Assembly (NCBI GenBank): GCA_963798845.1
Contig: CAWCUS010000005.1
Location: 96,001-160,000, forward strand
Source: an uncultured Gemmatimonadales bacterium
GTDB lineage: Bacteria > Gemmatimonadota > Gemmatimonadetes > Longimicrobiales > RSA9
DNA length: 64,000 bases
Direction: 5' to 3'
Shown here: positions 60,634 through 64,000 of the stretch, piece by piece
How positions within the stretch are numbered: the first letter of the stretch is position 1
Layout: the number at the start of each line of letters is the position of its first letter
The notes under the pieces: generated by a model
Databases searched by the model: none
Told to the model about the DNA's origin: nothing
Seen by the model: the letters and a program-made list of their open reading frames with translations, nothing else
Made by a program: the position numbers and the translations under genes

Positions 60634-61746
60634 TCACACCTTCACGGGCGTCCGTTCGAACGGAGCCACGGGGTTCAGGATGTTGCGGCACTCGGGGTTC
60701 GTGCACCCGGGGCAGCGCAGACCGTACTGCCGCGAACACGCCTCTCCGGCGCGCATGTGCTCCAGCACGATGTCCGCCAGCGCCTCCTGGAACTCCGGGT
60801 CCGCGTTCAGAGAGGGCGCGCGGCGGAAGTTCTCTATCCCCACCTCGTGCGCCAGCTCGCCGTACTCGATGTCGATCTCCGAAAGCGTCTCGATGTGGTC
60901 GCTCGTGAAGGCGATTCCCACCACCAGGACGTCCCTCTGTCCCTTCGCCCCCAGGTCCTTGATCACCTGTTCCGTGCTCGGACCCTGCCAGCGCACCGGG
61001 CCTACCTCCGACTGGTACGAAAGCAGGTACCGATTCGCGAAACCGCCCGCCTTCATCACCTCGTGCACGCTCGCACCCACCTCCTGCGGGTACGGGTCGC
61101 CTCGGTCGATGATCGACAGCGGCAGAGAGTGCGCGCTGAACAGCAGCAGAACGTCGTCCCGCGCCTCCGCCGCCCACGTCTCCAGTCCTTCCCTGACCTT
61201 TTTCGCCATCGCCGCCACGAAGCCCCAATGCGTCGGCCAGCGGTCGATCACGCTCCAGCGGAACGCTTCCCGCATCCCGAGCCGCTCCGCCGCTCGCCAC
61301 AGCTCGTTCAGGCTCGACCCCGTCGTCGCACACGAGAACTGCTGGTACTGCGTGAATGCCACCGCGCGCTCCACACCGTCCGCCTTCATCGCCGCCAGCG
61401 CGTCCTCGCTCCGAGGGTGGATGTAGCGGAATGCCACGTAGAACCGGTGCGGCGCCGTTTCCGGCGACAGTCGGTCCAGACGCTCCACCATCCCGGCACC
61501 CTGCTCTCGCGTCCACTTCAGGATCGGCGACCCGCCACCGATCCCCCGGTACAGCTCCTGGACGCCCTTCGTCCGCCGGTTCGCGATGAACGGACCCAGC
61601 CAGTCCTGCAGAGGCAGCTGGATGATCTCTCGATCGGCAAACAGCTCCAGCAGGAACGGGCGCACGTCCTCCAGGGTCTCCGGACCCCCGAGGTTCAGCA
61701 TCACGATCCCTGTCCCTCCAGATTTCCCCTCCCCCTTCGTCCCCAT
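60634..61746 (-). CDS. hemH: Ferrochelatase, animal-like with putative [2Fe-2S] ligands
   Basis: [32 protein letters not shown]-x-W, [15 protein letters not shown], C-terminal CPGCTNPEC. Start reassigned to MGTKGEG. Confidence 0.94.
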   Translation of the reverse strand: [370 protein letters not shown]

Positions 61747-62150
61747 CTCTTTCCCGTTTGCGCCTGTTTCCGATTCGGCCCGACGGCCACCGTCGGCCGA
61801 AAGCTCGCACAAGCCCCGGAGCGCAACAAGACGCGCCATTCCTGCCCTGGCGCCCCGCCGCCGCCCTATCCGCGCGCAATTTCGCTCACCCGGCCACCGG
61901 GTACTACCCGGAGTTGCACCATTCTGCCGTCGGGACACCTCGGCGGGACGGTGTGGGAAGATCCCTTACGCGCGGGAGCGAGGATGCCGCACGCCGCGGC
62001 GGATACCCCTTGTCCGGGGTTTCCCCGCTCGCCTGCGCCCGCTCCTCATCGCGCGAAGCGCGCGCGCCCGCGTTCGCGCACGCCGAGGACGGGCGGGGCG
62101 CGTTCGCAGGAGCCAGCGACCCGCGCTGGCGGCGCGGGGCCGGGGCCCGA

Positions 62151-62816
62151 TCAGGCGGCAGCGGCGGTGCGGATGGCCTGGATGTTTTCGGCGATGGAGC
62201 CGGTTCCGCGGAAGACGGCGGCGCCGGCCACGAGGACGGTGGCGCCGGCGGCGACGACGTCGAGCGCGGTGTCGGGGGCGATTCCGCCGTCGACCTCGAT
62301 CTCGACGTCGTCGCGGCCGGCCTCGCGGAGGAGGGCGGCCACGCGTCGTATCTTGGCGGGGGTGGAGGTGATGAAGCGCTGGCCGCCGAACCCCGGGTTC
62401 ACGCTCATGACCAGGACCATGTCCAGGAATGGAGCGATGTCCTGGAGCAGGATGGCCGGAGAGCTCGGATTGAGCGAGACGCCCGCGCGCATGCCGTGGT
62501 GATGGATGGTTTCCAGCGTGCGGTGGAGGTGGACGGACGCTTCCTGGTGGACGGTGAGGAAGTCGGCGCCGGCGTCGGCGAACGCTTCCACGTATCGCTC
62601 CGGGGCCTCGATCATGAGATGGACGTCGAGGGGGAGCTCGGTGGTCTTGCGGATAGCCGCCACGACGGGCGGTCCGATGGTGATGTTGGGAACGAAGCGC
62701 CCGTCCATTACGTCCACGTGGATCCAGTCGGCGCCGCCGGCCTCGGCAGCGGCCACTCCGTCGGCGAGACGAGCGAAGTCGGCGGACAGGATCGAGGGTG
62801 CGATCTTCACGCTCAC
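62151..62816 (-). CDS. rpe: Ribulose-phosphate 3-epimerase
   Basis: IAPSILSADF, HVDVMDG-x-FVPN, DVHLM, MSVNPGFGGQ, EVDGG. Confidence 0.96.
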   Translation of the reverse strand: MSVKIAPSILSADFARLADGVAAAEAGGADWIHVDVMDGRFVPNITIGPPVVAAIRKTTELPLDVHLMIEAPERYVEAFADAGADFLTVHQEASVHLHRTLETIHHHGMRAGVSLNPSSPAILLQDIAPFLDMVLVMSVNPGFGGQRFITSTPAKIRRVAALLREAGRDDVEIEVDGGIAPDTALDVVAAGATVLVAGAAVFRGTGSIAENIQAIRTAAAA

Positions 62817-63511
62817 GGCGTGCCTCCACGCTGAAGCAGGCGAGTGCCTTCCGGTCCGCCGACCACGACGGTGTCGGCCATGTTGATGAAGAGCCCGGTC
62901 TCCACGACTCCCGTCAGGGATCGGATCTCCCGCTCGACGACAGGGCCGTCCAGGCCGGCGTCGAAGCGGCAGTCGAGGATGAAATGGCCGCCGTCGGTGC
63001 GGAAGGGCTGGCCGTCGTCGCGCTGGCGGAGCGTCGGGTCGGCGCCGATCTCGCGGATCTCGGGCAGCAGGGTACGCCAGCCGAAGGGCACCACTTCCAC
63101 CGGAAGCGGCGATCGGGATCCGAGCCGCTGCACCAGCTTGGAGTCGTCGACCACGATGACCAGACGATCGCTGGCGGACGCGACGATCTTCTCCCACAGG
63201 AGGGCGCCGCCGAGCCCCTTGATGAGGTCGAGGGCGGGGTCTACTTCATCGGCGCCGTCGAGGGTGAGGTCGAGGCGGGGCGTATCGTCCAGCGTGGAGA
63301 GCGGGATTCCGAGTTCCGCCGCCCTGGCCCGCGTGTCGCTCGATGTGGGCACGCCGACCACGTGCCGCAGCTCGCCGCCTTCGCGGCGGGCGGCGAGGGC
63401 TTCGAGAACGAGGCGCGCAGTGGAGCCGGTGCCGAGACCCAGCTTCATGCCGTCCTCCACCAGCGCTACCGCCCGTTCGGCTGCCTGTCGCTTGCGCTCG
63501 TCCTGACGCAT
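62813..63511 (-). CDS. rpiA: Ribose-5-phosphate isomerase A
   Basis: GLGTGST, DGADEVD, IKGLGGALLWEK, LPVEV, GVVETGLF. Start MRQDERK. Confidence 0.96.
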   Translation of the reverse strand: MRQDERKRQAAERAVALVEDGMKLGLGTGSTARLVLEALAARREGGELRHVVGVPTSSDTRARAAELGIPLSTLDDTPRLDLTLDGADEVDPALDLIKGLGGALLWEKIVASASDRLVIVVDDSKLVQRLGSRSPLPVEVVPFGWRTLLPEIREIGADPTLRQRDDGQPFRTDGGHFILDCRFDAGLDGPVVEREIRSLTGVVETGLFINMADTVVVGGPEGTRLLQRGGTP

Positions 63512-63622
63512 CGTCCTCCAGCGGGCGCATCGCGCTCTCGCGGCGCCGGGTTGCCTGCTCGTTCGGGTCGGGATCGGACGTCCCGGCGAACGGCCAATGT
63601 ACGGCTCCTGCAACCCGGGTGC

Positions 63623-63663
63623 AAAAGAGAAAACGCCCGATCGGCATGGCCGATCGGGCGTTT
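63623..63663 (-). terminator. Rho-independent terminator of the upstream partial gene
   Basis: AAACGCCCGATCGGC / GCCGATCGGGCGTTT stem followed by a T-rich run on the minus strand. Confidence 0.8.
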
Positions 63664-63687
63664 CCCGTTGGTTCCCGGAAGCGGGTG

Positions 63688-64000
63688 CTAGCGGTCCTTC
63701 TTGCGGACCTGCTCCACCTGCCGCACGGTCTGGAAGACGCACCCGGTCGGGCGCAGCGGCACGTACAGGTACTGCGCGTCCTCGAGGGCATCACGCAGCT
63801 CCGGGGACTGCTTGATCATGGCGCTCAGGTCATTGTCCATCTGCTGACCGCGCAGCCCTTCCAGCTGGCCGCTCACGGCAGAGACGTCACCGCTGGAGGC
63901 GTAGACCGGCACGCCCCGAACGTTCCCCAGGTACGTGAGGTCGTTCTGGTCGATGATCCGCGCCGACTGCCAGGTGGTGTATTCCATGTCCACGTTCCGC
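63688..64000 (-). CDS. C-terminal part of a hypothetical protein (5' end outside the window)
   Basis: Open frame to the window edge with coding-like composition (GVPVYA...LYVPLRPTGCVFQ), followed by a terminator. Confidence 0.7.
   Translation of the reverse strand, partial: RNVDMEYTTWQSARIIDQNDLTYLGNVRGVPVYASSGDVSAVSGQLEGLRGQQMDNDLSAMIKQSPELRDALEDAQYLYVPLRPTGCVFQTVRQVEQVRKKDR

Noticed and set aside
61795..61812. TTGTGCG half-site upstream of hemH as a third Rex box
   Set aside because: The second half-site (TTCGGCC) does not match.
61895..61970. GGTGCAACTCC and TAAGGGA on the minus strand upstream of hemH as a cobalamin riboswitch
   Set aside because: The spacing is wrong, and the conserved downstream elements (CCCGC-ACTGT, B12 box) are missing.

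Overview
High-GC bacterial chromosomal window, probably Gemmatimonadota (inferred from gene content, the PadR/ADOP-permease pair and the fragment at the right edge; not verified). It is almost entirely core metabolism on the minus strand. In order: fabD(partial)-fabH-plsX-rpmF-yceD; ndk, a PTS-EIIA/CBS fusion, sucD, sucC, carbamate kinase, a UPF0182 protein and a phosphomannomutase; a complete 14-gene nuoA-N complex I operon; dcd (+); mdh-sdhCAB; moaD-moaE-moaA; a tandem-domain hypothetical protein; acyl-CoA carboxylase subunits; an LpoA-like lipoprotein; rpsA; a PadR plus duplicated ABC permease pair (+); cmk-aroA-rnz; a PDZ-only secreted protein; tRNA-Leu(UAA); a ten-gene heme operon; rpe-rpiA. 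I found no CRISPR array, prophage, integrase or intact transposase. The best leads are: (i) an EIIA-CBS protein between the phospho-His enzymes SucD and Ndk; (ii) an animal-type [2Fe-2S] ferrochelatase heading a complete heme operon; (iii) Rex/CRP-type boxes just downstream of clear sigma70 promoters of the nuo and mdh-sdh operons; (iv) a terminator-like hairpin inside the rpsA leader, plus a long acidic repeat tail on S1; (v) paired palindromic operators at the PadR promoter. Several start codons were reassigned by eye from the ORF track.
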